Shown: one piece after another, positions 45,801 to 54,070 of the stretch
Numbering within the stretch: position 1 is the first letter of the stretch
Layout of the letters: each line of letters starts with the position of its first letter
Virus record (IMG/VR): IMGVR_UViG_3300050121_000180
Location: 1-55,469 of that record
Length of the DNA stretch: 55,469 nucleotides
Direction: 5' to 3' (one strand)
Origin: a virus
Lineage: Duplodnaviria > Caudoviricetes
Notes under the pieces: model-generated
Seen by the model: only the letters and a program-made list of their open reading frames with translations
Databases searched by the model: none
Told to the model about the DNA's origin: nothing
Translations under genes and position numbers: made by a program

Positions 45801-46364
45801 AATGGGCTCCTTATTTGTTTGAGTGTTTTGGTCGCCGATTGCACAGCGAGGGCCGCAGCGACCAGATTCAACCAACGCTATATGATTAATAATAATGTTT
45901 GACTGATGGCCTGTTCCAGGTTCGTCTTCCGTATAGTCCGCTTCATACCCTAAACTGATTTCACGTAAGCCTTCTTGGACAGCTTTAATTTCTTCAGGGA
46001 GTGTAATTAACAAATCCCCAATCATTAAGTCGTCGTAAGCACCTTCGCCGCGGCGAGGATTTAAGCAAATGCCTCTTGCTAATTCTTTCCAGTTTTCAGG
46101 CGTAACATCTTCATCAGGATGCTCGTTGACTACAGGTTTTCCATTTGCGCTTGCTAAAGTAATGTCGTTGAACACTTCTTTATCATCGCGGAAAATACGG
46201 ACTAGCCCGTCTTTACCTGCTGAGATTGGAGTTTCGTTTGGCCCGTAAATCATCATTCCAGTTCTTGCTAATGGAACGTCAAGGCACAAAAGAAAGCCTT
46301 CGGGCGTTAGGCTCTGTTTAGGGCCTAACTTTTCTGTAGTATGGAATTGAACTTTAGAAGCCAT
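45021..46364 (-). CDS. Prohead protease-scaffold (DUF2213-like)
   Basis: TPEGFLLC..VPLARTG, GKPVVNEHP, EISLGY, NHIALV..GRCGPRCAIGD; acidic scaffold tail; start placed at MASKV. Confidence 0.9.
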   Translation of the reverse strand: MASKVQFHTTEKLGPKQSLTPEGFLLCLDVPLARTGMMIYGPNETPISAGKDGLVRIFRDDKEVFNDITLASANGKPVVNEHPDEDVTPENWKELARGICLNPRRGEGAYDDLMIGDLLITLPEEIKAVQEGLREISLGYEADYTEDEPGTGHQSNIIINHIALVESGRCGPRCAIGDQNTQTNKEPIMAKKQTNKLVDALMRAFKAKDSQEVEEIAKEVADAEVEGSGEGDTHIHIHNGEVAAPAAALDEDPLVDPTNDDDYDARFAAIEARLDALEAARTGDAEGEAEEEKVMDELEEEAPANVTKDSVRKAKDSAFLEDSFQETVSMAEIIAPGIRVPTFDRAMKPAHSLKAICNLRSTSLDLAYAQAATRGMIDDLLAGKTLDTKNMTCDAVRTLFRSVGALKKAANNNGSFSVSDMEKTQTRGVKSIAELNKANAEYYAKQH

Positions 46365-46374
46365 GTTGTTATAC

Positions 46375-46833
46375 TTAGAACTGAGTACCGTTAAAACTAC
46401 CGCCCGGTGTACCCACAATTGCGACTGTACATGTGGCAGTTAAAGCGGTAATATTAAAGTCAAGATTGGTGAAGCCTACTGTATTGGCTTTCCAGAAACC
46501 TACAGCACCGACGGAAGCAACGGCAGTTGGTGCGACTGTACCTGTTGCAATTGGGTATAAATTGATTGCAGTAAAGTTCGTGTTATCGTTACTGGCTTTC
46601 AATGTTGCAGCTAATGAAGTACACGTACCTGAAACTCGAAGAGTTACTGTGCCAACACCGTTTGTTGTAAACAAGTAGTCAGCAGGAGCAGTATACGCAA
46701 TTGGCGCTGAAACTGCATTTGGAATATAAACTGGAGTTTGGTACGGATAAACTGCGTCAGCATTTGCTAAAGACGCGCACATCAAAAGAACGAAGGTTAC
46801 TGCTAGCGTGATAAAATTATTTGAAATCTTCAT
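46375..46833 (-). CDS. Beta-rich protein with a Sec-type signal peptide
   Basis: MKISNNFITLAVTFVLLMCASLANA-DAV (AxA cleavage site); AAGGA RBS. Confidence 0.75.
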   Translation of the reverse strand: MKISNNFITLAVTFVLLMCASLANADAVYPYQTPVYIPNAVSAPIAYTAPADYLFTTNGVGTVTLRVSGTCTSLAATLKASNDNTNFTAINLYPIATGTVAPTAVASVGAVGFWKANTVGFTNLDFNITALTATCTVAIVGTPGGSFNGTQF

Positions 46834-46886
46834 AATAGTTCCTTTAAATTAATCAAACGAATAAATTGTTTTAAACTGATGCTGGT

Positions 46887-46915
46887 ATTGTGCAAGTTGT
46901 TTTTCTTGAAGGCAA
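46887..46915 (-). promoter_or_regulatory. sigma70-type promoter upstream of the head genes
   Basis: TTGCCT-17-CACAAT with TG extension. Confidence 0.5.
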
Positions 46916-46949
46916 ATGATTTTTATTTGGAAATTAAATGCAAAATAAT

Positions 46950-47011
46950 TGAAAATAAATCGAAATAACGCTTGATTAACTTTTAAATAGATTGATAATA
47001 ACTACATCGAG
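46950..47011 (+). promoter_or_regulatory. Early-type promoter (TACATCG family)
   Basis: AAATAAATCGAAATAA UP element, TTGATT-16-GATAAT, then TACATCGAG. Confidence 0.75.
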
Positions 47012-47039
47012 CAAGTAAACATAAATAAGGAGATTTAAA

Positions 47040-47315
47040 ATGACATTCCCAAAAGTAACAGATTTTAAAGAATTAGCTAAACAAGACACAATTAGAATTC
47101 GCAAAGCAATAAATTTAGAAGAAGGCCGTCCGTATAGTGAAAACCGTTCATACGGTCGTCGTGTTAAATTTTGGTGTGTTTGTAGATGTTCAAAAGCTGA
47201 AATTGAACGCCGCACGGAACTTCTTAAAGCTGAATTTGGCAACCGTTTTATTGAATGCAATCTTTTACGCCAAGAACGCTTAACATGTTTCGAAGTAAAG
47301 CTAGAAGGCTTTTAA
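47040..47315 (+). CDS. Moron-like hypothetical protein inserted antisense in the head module
   Basis: Own promoter and AAGGAG RBS; opposite strand to its neighbours. Confidence 0.8.
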   Translation: MTFPKVTDFKELAKQDTIRIRKAINLEEGRPYSENRSYGRRVKFWCVCRCSKAEIERRTELLKAEFGNRFIECNLLRQERLTCFEVKLEGF

Positions 47316-48100
47316 TCTTCCGGAATAATTGGTTCTGGATAACAACGGCAGTTATAAATCTGCCCCGCATGAGTCACGCTGCCATCGCTCAAAGTTGGCG
47401 GCGTATCCCATGCAATAACTTTCCCGTCCATTTCTTTATGGGAATGTCGTACATCGGAATCCCCGCTTGTCCGCCATATATAATGTGTTATGCCCAAATG
47501 CGAGGAACGCGCTTCTGTAAGCTTTGAAGCTGTACGTGATACCTCAGTTCGCGCAATGCAAGTCGCGCGGGACTTAGTAACTTCGCCCGTTTTCATTATT
47601 TCAGCAGCAATCTCTTTTGGACGCGCGGAAGTTATCAAAGCTTCACTTGTTAATTTGTGGACACGTTGAGCAGCTTCAAGCGGCAAGCTAGTTATGAGTA
47701 TAACTTGCTCGTTTAACAGTTGATTGAATAATTGCCCAGTTGATGAAGTTTCTAATTCTTTACGAAGCGAACGTCCAAAGTTATTGCCCACAGTATTCCA
47801 AGCAAGAACATTCTTTTCGGATATTTCAGTTATCATTTTGTTCGCAAGAACTCGCGCCCAAGGGCTTATGAGCTGGGCATACTGTTGAAGCATTTGTTCA
47901 ATCTGTCTTGGGTTTTGCGGAATGCCGCGCGGGGACATCCCTTTAATAATATTGTCAATCTGTTTTACAACTTGTTTCAAAGAACGCAAGTAATCATTTT
48001 CCATCCGCTTTGCAGCTCTAAAACGTTCTTTGGCAAAACGTTTCATCTCGCGAGGGGTTGCGTCTTTTGTTGTTGCCATTAGATTTTCGAAGGCTGACAT
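47312..48100 (-). CDS. Minor head protein (Mu gpF / SPP1 gp7 family)
   Basis: RA..IARTE, YIWRTSGDSDVRHSH, GQIYNCRC. Confidence 0.92.
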   Translation of the reverse strand: MSAFENLMATTKDATPREMKRFAKERFRAAKRMENDYLRSLKQVVKQIDNIIKGMSPRGIPQNPRQIEQMLQQYAQLISPWARVLANKMITEISEKNVLAWNTVGNNFGRSLRKELETSSTGQLFNQLLNEQVILITSLPLEAAQRVHKLTSEALITSARPKEIAAEIMKTGEVTKSRATCIARTEVSRTASKLTEARSSHLGITHYIWRTSGDSDVRHSHKEMDGKVIAWDTPPTLSDGSVTHAGQIYNCRCYPEPIIPED

Positions 48101-49567
48101 TTAGCTTCCCTCTGAAACCTTACTTGGTAAAGTTTCCCCGCTACCATTGGCTAATAGTTCTTCAGCGTTAGGAGGCGGAGCATCTTCAGCGTCATCAATT
48201 TCTTCGTCAGTAATATTACTAAAGATGCCTGTGATTTTAGAAGACTGCCTTAATTCAGTTAAAGCAGTCTTACGGCTAATTGTACCGTTATCTTCAGCAG
48301 CAAGAACGCAACGAGCAGTTCCTTCAGCAATGTTAGTCTTTTCAACTTCAGTTAATTGTTTCAAGTGGTTAAACTCAATCTTAAACCCATCAGGTAAAAC
48401 AATTCCCTCCGATGCTGCAATAGCGCGGTAAATTTTTGTAACACCCACTTTTAAATCTTTATTTTGTTTAGAGTTAATCCCGTCATAATATGTATTAGTT
48501 GAACTGTCTCCGCTATCAAATCCTGAAGGGGATTGGCCAAACAAACGGGATAAAGGTATTTGCAAAGCGCCTGAAATTTGCTGCCCGAATTGTTGCAAAG
48601 CATCCGCTAATCCGCCAAATGCAGAATGGGAATCTGCTTGAACTTCATCTTCCACGTCAATTAAAGTGATGCCTTCAATACCTTGGAAACGGCGCATCAT
48701 ATCAACGTACTGAATTAAACCTGCTTGAGCATCCCCACCAGCAGCCACAATTTCCCGCATCCCTGCAATCTTGTATGTTCGCATATATGATTTATAAACC
48801 AATTGGGCCGCGCCTGTGGTTGCACTATCAAAAGCAATCATCCTGTCATATAGCCGTTCGATAACAGATATTCCCCAAAGATTTTCAGTTATCTTTTGCC
48901 AATACGGAAGTTCAATTCCTTCTAAACGAATACAACGTGAGTGGTGAATCTTTTGGCCTGATAAAGCAGGCGCTTGAGCCGTAACGCGATAAAATTTAGG
49001 CATTCCTAAACTTGGGCCAAGGTCAGTAACTAAATCGTTCAAGCTGGGTTCAACCATCCAGCGGTCAAGTGAAAGTAAACCGCAGAACTGATTTTTACGA
49101 ATTGTGTTTAAACGGAGCGGGGTGCTTACGTCCTGCCCATCCACCAACATGACTGCAATTGCTCCGCCATATAAGCGTGACCATTTAATTGTGTCTGAAA
49201 GTTTAGTCCAAATATTCAAGGTTGTTGCAGTTTCTTCAATTATATTAATATCATCCGGGCCAACCTTACCTTCAAGTTTAATACCCGCTTTAGTCATATC
49301 TTCTGCAACTAAATCAACAGCGACTCCACCAAGCCAAGAACCACGGTGAATCCATTCTAGCATTACGCGGTTACGGGTAACAGGATTAAAACCGTAAGAA
49401 CTTCCAGACATCGGGTTGTCCGTGCCTATACCCATATTCATCGCAAAGTTAATAAACGAGTCACCCGTTTTCTTTTGCTGGTGTTGTTTCAAATCGCGGA
49501 TTCGTTCTTTACGGTCTGCATTTGTTGCAGTTGTTGCGATACGAACTATGGTTTTTTTAACTGCCAT
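48101..49567 (-). CDS. Portal protein (DUF1073-like)
   Basis: WSRLYGGA, IHHSR, WGISV, IPLSRLFGQSPSG, YYD; follows TerL. Confidence 0.9.
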   Translation of the reverse strand: MAVKKTIVRIATTATNADRKERIRDLKQHQQKKTGDSFINFAMNMGIGTDNPMSGSSYGFNPVTRNRVMLEWIHRGSWLGGVAVDLVAEDMTKAGIKLEGKVGPDDINIIEETATTLNIWTKLSDTIKWSRLYGGAIAVMLVDGQDVSTPLRLNTIRKNQFCGLLSLDRWMVEPSLNDLVTDLGPSLGMPKFYRVTAQAPALSGQKIHHSRCIRLEGIELPYWQKITENLWGISVIERLYDRMIAFDSATTGAAQLVYKSYMRTYKIAGMREIVAAGGDAQAGLIQYVDMMRRFQGIEGITLIDVEDEVQADSHSAFGGLADALQQFGQQISGALQIPLSRLFGQSPSGFDSGDSSTNTYYDGINSKQNKDLKVGVTKIYRAIAASEGIVLPDGFKIEFNHLKQLTEVEKTNIAEGTARCVLAAEDNGTISRKTALTELRQSSKITGIFSNITDEEIDDAEDAPPPNAEELLANGSGETLPSKVSEGS

Positions 49568-49579
49568 GATATTTAATCC

Positions 49580-50980
49580 TTAATTAGCTTTACCCAATTT
49601 TGCCCACATTAATAGCTTGTCAACTCCGCTTATCATATCAAAAGCTCCCGAGCCCGCATCCACTTGGTCATCGTGAACACCTTTTGACGGGAACTGTTCA
49701 TATTCAGAAAACAAAACATCGTTCCATGCCCCTCGCAAAATATCAACGTTCCCATTTTGCCATTGAGCTGCAAACGGTTCCGCGCGAGTTACTTTGTCGC
49801 CTGTTTCCCTAGATACTTCAACTTTAAATCCTGCCAAATCATTTACATAAGTTTCAGCTTGGTCTTTCCCTGCTTGACCCGGGTCTTGCGAGATGCCAAT
49901 ACGGACTTTTTTACCATCGTTATTTGCTGTTCGTAAAACAAGCTCCCGAACCTTAGCAGCCCTAAATCTTTCACGTATAACATCGCCAACAACGAAGCGC
50001 CCATTCTTGCGTCTGCCCATTAAAAGCCCGACTGTATAATCAGGATTTGGATTGCCTTCAGCGGGTTCTGTAGCAGCCAAATCCCAGCGACGAACCCAGC
50101 TTACAACATCTTCAGCTGATTCCACAATAGTAACTTCGCTTTTTTTAAAGTAAAGCCCGGCAGCAGGTTTAATTTTCCAGTTACCTTCAAGCAATCTTGC
50201 ACGTTCTACGCGGGACAAAGCTTTAAGGTTGGCCATGTAACCTGGGTCAGAAGCCATCAAAGCTTTATTGTCAGTAAGCTTTGATAAGATGAAGGTTAAC
50301 GATTTAGGCTGGGGTTGTTCCGTATGGTCGTCCGGTAAATCATGATTCTTATGCGCTTGAAATAATTCATCGCTACTATCGCCCCAAACAATTTCATCAT
50401 CAATCCGTAAGAACCAACGGATAACTCCGCATCGTTCTTCAATTGCAAAACCTGTGTTTGGCTCAATCCACCAATCAATTAATTCTGCAACCCATGATTC
50501 AGCGTCAGGGTTTGTAGTTGCTCTAACGTATCCTTTAACTCCAGACATAGAACGATTACGGGAAAGCATGTAGAAAAATTGGGTCTTTGTAAAGTGTGTT
50601 AATTCATCAAAAAGAATAAGAGGGATTTCAGCGCCTTGCCAATCCAATACACTGGATTCATTTTCCAAGTGAGCGAACTTAACGCGCCCGCCTTTTGGCC
50701 AGCGCCATTCCATAGGTTGCTGAACTGGGATGCCCCCGCATTGTGGATACATATTCATTGACGCATCCCATAATCCGCCTGGATTTCGAACTTGGGTTGC
50801 ATTACGCCTAAACGCTACAGCATTAAATCTTCTGTTAGTTGTAACATGCCTGAGTGGCTCAAGTAAAATCGAGAACGACTTGCCCCCACCAGCCGCACCG
50901 CCGAAAATAATGATATCAGCTGAGTTAGAAAGGAAAGCTTCTTGTGGCCCAGCTTGAGGGCGTAAACTTTCACCAGCCAT
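49580..50980 (-). CDS. terL: Terminase large subunit
   Basis: GGAAGGGKS, LFDELTHF, ATTNPD, RWDLAAT, QDPGQAG, HDDQVDA. Confidence 0.95.
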   Translation of the reverse strand: MAGESLRPQAGPQEAFLSNSADIIIFGGAAGGGKSFSILLEPLRHVTTNRRFNAVAFRRNATQVRNPGGLWDASMNMYPQCGGIPVQQPMEWRWPKGGRVKFAHLENESSVLDWQGAEIPLILFDELTHFTKTQFFYMLSRNRSMSGVKGYVRATTNPDAESWVAELIDWWIEPNTGFAIEERCGVIRWFLRIDDEIVWGDSSDELFQAHKNHDLPDDHTEQPQPKSLTFILSKLTDNKALMASDPGYMANLKALSRVERARLLEGNWKIKPAAGLYFKKSEVTIVESAEDVVSWVRRWDLAATEPAEGNPNPDYTVGLLMGRRKNGRFVVGDVIRERFRAAKVRELVLRTANNDGKKVRIGISQDPGQAGKDQAETYVNDLAGFKVEVSRETGDKVTRAEPFAAQWQNGNVDILRGAWNDVLFSEYEQFPSKGVHDDQVDAGSGAFDMISGVDKLLMWAKLGKAN

Positions 50981-51579
50981 TACATGCGCTCTACAGGGGA
51001 GTTATCATAAAGCAATTCAGATAAGTCGTCATCATCCCCATCGTCAAATTCTAAGTCGTCATTTATGACGTTTAATACGGGGGAAACAATCTCACCGTTT
51101 TCAATAGTCAAACCTGAAGGTAAATCGCGTCCGTTGTGTGGGATATAAACTTGGACTGAACTTCCAATATTAAAGTCGCCGCTAATTTCAGCCTTAACAG
51201 GTTTGTCTAAACCTAGGAATCGTGCTCTACGCTCCATTATTTTAATAGCCGTATCCGTTGCTTCTTTGTTGAATATCGGGTTGCCGTCTTTGTCTGTTTG
51301 AGTAGCTGCTAAGAAAGCTGGAAGGAATATGGCATCTAAACGAGCAGTTTCAATTTTTACTAACTCTTGAAAAGACTCTTCAATGATTTCGCGAAGTGCT
51401 TTACGAACAAGCTTTTCAGCATATGAACGGGAGCAGCCTATTGTGGTTGCAATGTGGGGATATCCGTGGCCTTCTTTACGCATGTTTGCAGCAGCAACCA
51501 TTTTCTGCCGAGTTTCAAATACGGAAGCTTGCGTTTCTTCTTCTCTATTTCGTTTAACAATATGATTTGGCGCGGCCAT
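50980..51579 (-). CDS. terS: Terminase small subunit
   Basis: N-terminal HTH (G.GY..IA..IG.S), RLD, MERRARFLGLD.P; abuts TerL. Confidence 0.8.
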   Translation of the reverse strand: MAAPNHIVKRNREEETQASVFETRQKMVAAANMRKEGHGYPHIATTIGCSRSYAEKLVRKALREIIEESFQELVKIETARLDAIFLPAFLAATQTDKDGNPIFNKEATDTAIKIMERRARFLGLDKPVKAEISGDFNIGSSVQVYIPHNGRDLPSGLTIENGEIVSPVLNVINDDLEFDDGDDDDLSELLYDNSPVERM

Positions 51580-51630
51580 GAAGATGCTTAAAGTTATTAG
51601 TTAAGCATCACAATACAGGAAACAGGCTAA

Positions 51631-51957
51631 TCAATGCAAGGTATTCAGCATAAAAGGGTCTTTATTTATAGTAGAATGGACAATATTTGAACGTTCTTCA
51701 ACTTCAACATAATCACGAAATACTTGATTAGCAGCTATAAACAATAAACCATCTATAGCTGTTTCCACAATAAATTCGCTATCGTTTGGGATTTCTTTGT
51801 AAAGCAATTTAAAATCATCAACGCACCTATTAATTCGTTCTTGTAATTCCGTCATTAACATTGAACGCCCTGTTAAGCGTGTCATTGTATTAACTTGCCT
51901 GCAACAAATCTCAATAGCTGTTACAAGCTCCAGAACAATAGGTTGGTTATTCTTCAT
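51631..51957 (-). CDS. Hypothetical protein
   Basis: Packed operon. Confidence 0.65.
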   Translation of the reverse strand: MKNNQPIVLELVTAIEICCRQVNTMTRLTGRSMLMTELQERINRCVDDFKLLYKEIPNDSEFIVETAIDGLLFIAANQVFRDYVEVEERSNIVHSTINKDPFMLNTLH

Positions 51958-52594
51958 TGTTAGCCTTAAAGGTTTTAAAGTAATCTTTATATGAAATAAT
52001 GTTACTTGGATGAGTCAAAAAGCCCCATTTACGTTTCTTTGGCCCTGTAATAAATAAAGTCCAAACAGGTAAGAATTGAGTATGACAATTCCCAACGACT
52101 GTTTTATCAGCAAGTTTCAACCGGTGCATTTGCGAATCGTTCCGAAACAGAATTGAGCCTTGCGGGCAATAAGTTTCTAATTCCCCTACATAAAAATTAT
52201 TCTTATCATAGTTAGGCGTTACTTCATAATAGTTGCTCATTAATATCACGCTAACAAAGTTCCAAGGGTGATTATGAAAGTCTCTGCCTATGTCGCTTCT
52301 CAGTATTTTATGCACCCTAACAGCTATTCCTAAACTTTGCAACACCCAAGCAATAGGGCGTTTAAGGAAACTTACTTTGCCGCAGCCAATAGCTGTTTCC
52401 GAACCTTCCATTTTATAGGGAACAAGCCAATAGCGTTCCATATATCCCTCAAGATGGAAGTAAGGCGTTTTGATTGCACGTTGAATTAAATATTCAGCAA
52501 TACGTTCAAAGATATCCCAGCGAAGAAGCCATAGTAATAATAAAAGATTTAACGCAATTATAATTGCAGAAGTCCAAATAAAATAATATACCAT
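51947..52594 (-). CDS. Cupin-fold protein with N-terminal TM
   Basis: VHKILRSD..RDFHNHPW.F.S.IL...Y.E, HRL, WTLFITGP...WGF. Confidence 0.7.
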   Translation of the reverse strand: MVYYFIWTSAIIIALNLLLLLWLLRWDIFERIAEYLIQRAIKTPYFHLEGYMERYWLVPYKMEGSETAIGCGKVSFLKRPIAWVLQSLGIAVRVHKILRSDIGRDFHNHPWNFVSVILMSNYYEVTPNYDKNNFYVGELETYCPQGSILFRNDSQMHRLKLADKTVVGNCHTQFLPVWTLFITGPKKRKWGFLTHPSNIISYKDYFKTFKANNEE

Positions 52595-52595
52595 A

Positions 52596-52784
52596 CTAAC
52601 CTTCGAAGTTTTTATTAAAGATTTTCAAAACAGTTTCAACTTGCTTACTAGACAAATCTGAAACTTTACGCCCTGTATCTGTTAGTTCAACAATTCTGTC
52701 CACAAAATCATGTTCCCAAGTAGACAGGTCGTTTGTTCCAAGTAAGCCTGAAAGCTGCTTAACCATTGTGTTAACTGATGCCAT
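52596..52784 (-). CDS. Hypothetical protein
   Basis: MASVNTMVKQLSGLLGTNDLSTWEHDFV...LSSKQ. Confidence 0.7.
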   Translation of the reverse strand: MASVNTMVKQLSGLLGTNDLSTWEHDFVDRIVELTDTGRKVSDLSSKQVETVLKIFNKNFEG

Positions 52785-53058
52785 TTTGTCTGCTTTCATG
52801 TTCGTCAATAAGTTTAAGAAGTTTTTCCATGTGCAAAACGCTTTCAGTGATTTCAGAATGAACAGCTTCTTCACGAGCTTTAATCTGCTCGTTGGCTTTG
52901 CGATGTCCGTCTGAAGATGAAACTAGGAATTTATTGGAAGTTGTGATTTCAACTGTAATGCGAGCAAGCTTATCCAATTCAGTATTCGCGCTATGAAAAT
53001 CACGTTCCTGAATATGCTGGCGGACATTTGAAATGATTTTGTCAATACGGGCTTGCAT
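52771..53058 (-). CDS. Hypothetical protein
   Basis: AGGA RBS before MQARIDK. Confidence 0.65.
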   Translation of the reverse strand: MQARIDKIISNVRQHIQERDFHSANTELDKLARITVEITTSNKFLVSSSDGHRKANEQIKAREEAVHSEITESVLHMEKLLKLIDEHESRQNGIS

Positions 53059-53066
53059 AATAATTC

Positions 53067-53237
53067 CTATTCTATAAACGCCCATATTAAAGCAAGTACC
53101 CAACCCAAGCCAGTCCAGCCAAGAAGAAAGTTGAGGACGAATATTGCAGTGGTATTTTTACGTTTATAACTGGATGCAATTAATGCAGGTAAAAAGTAGA
53201 AAAAGAATGCAAGTGCTGCAACGATAATAATTCCCAT
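53067..53237 (-). CDS. imm: Superinfection immunity protein (T4 Imm-like)
   Basis: YFLPALIA...N...IFVLNFLLGWTGLGWVLALIWA signature. Confidence 0.88.
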   Translation of the reverse strand: MGIIIVAALAFFFYFLPALIASSYKRKNTTAIFVLNFLLGWTGLGWVLALIWAFIE

Positions 53238-53425
53238 TATAATTCCTTTCGTGGACATTCTAATGCTGGATAAAATTGCGCCAATTTAACTATTGCTTCA
53301 GGCATAGTAATATTTGGAATATCAATACTCACAACCATAAAATCAGTATTTAAAATTGCAATTAGCTCTTTATTTAGCATTGATTTTTTAAATCGTTCAA
53401 TATTATTATAACCATAAATTTTCAT
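53237..53425 (-). CDS. Hypothetical protein
   Basis: Packed operon. Confidence 0.6.
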   Translation of the reverse strand: MKIYGYNNIERFKKSMLNKELIAILNTDFMVVSIDIPNITMPEAIVKLAQFYPALECPRKEL

Positions 53426-53646
53426 TACGGATTCTCCCTTAAAAATAAATCAACAGCATTACGAACTTCATTTTCAGTACGGTCAACCCAAGAAAACTTT
53501 GCATTGCGTAACGTCACAAGCTTTGCACGGAATACGGGTAGCAGGGGAATTTCAGGCGCGTCAATTTTGTACTGGCAGCAAATAGCAAAATGCTTTACAA
53601 GTTGATTAAATTCTTTTCCGCGGTTCATATTACCCCCTATTATCAA
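53425..53646 (-). CDS. Hypothetical protein
   Basis: Packed operon; the start may be the internal MNRGK. Confidence 0.6.
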   Translation of the reverse strand: MIIGGNMNRGKEFNQLVKHFAICCQYKIDAPEIPLLPVFRAKLVTLRNAKFSWVDRTENEVRNAVDLFLRENP

Positions 53647-53851
53647 AAGTTTTAATCAAAGCATCTTTAGCTTGCTCAAGAAACATAAACGTTCCAATAG
53701 ATGCAGCACCGTAATAACTTGCTTTAAAAAGTGCTTCATCTGTTAAGTCAATTTGCCCAAGAACTCTACCATAGCCATCATGAAGAAAAGTCTTAATATC
53801 GCTAACGGAATACCATTCGCGTTCTTGGGCTTGTAAGTCTGCATCTGCCAT
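53630..53851 (-). CDS. Hypothetical protein
   Basis: AGGA RBS, packed operon. Confidence 0.65.
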   Translation of the reverse strand: MADADLQAQEREWYSVSDIKTFLHDGYGRVLGQIDLTDEALFKASYYGAASIGTFMFLEQAKDALIKTFDNRG

Positions 53852-53856
53852 TTTAT

Positions 53857-54069
53857 TTATCCTAATAATCTAACAAACCCTGTACAACTTTTAACAAGTT
53901 TACGGTCATTAAAGGCGATTGTTTTCTTTTCAATATTTGTGCATAAGTCACTTGTAAATGCACAGTCTTTACAAAGGGTGTTGTGCATTTGTTGCCTCAT
54001 CCCTGCATTAGCGGGAATGGGTTCTTTATTTTCCCTTGAACTTGGCAAACCTGTTAAAGTGTTGCTCAT
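53857..54069 (-). CDS. Small Cys-containing protein
   Basis: LCKDC...C...C; GAGGA RBS. Confidence 0.65.
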   Translation of the reverse strand: MSNTLTGLPSSRENKEPIPANAGMRQQMHNTLCKDCAFTSDLCTNIEKKTIAFNDRKLVKSCTGFVRLLG

Positions 54070-54070
54070 T

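Noticed and set aside
48101-49567. Anti-CBASS Acb1-like activity in the DUF1073 portal
   Set aside because: No C-terminal 2H-phosphoesterase extension with paired HxT motifs is visible; the protein ends in a short acidic tail
30472-51565. Numerous + strand ORFs of 60-105 aa opposite the virion genes
   Set aside because: Antisense shadows without RBS or promoter; only 47040-47315 has independent expression signals
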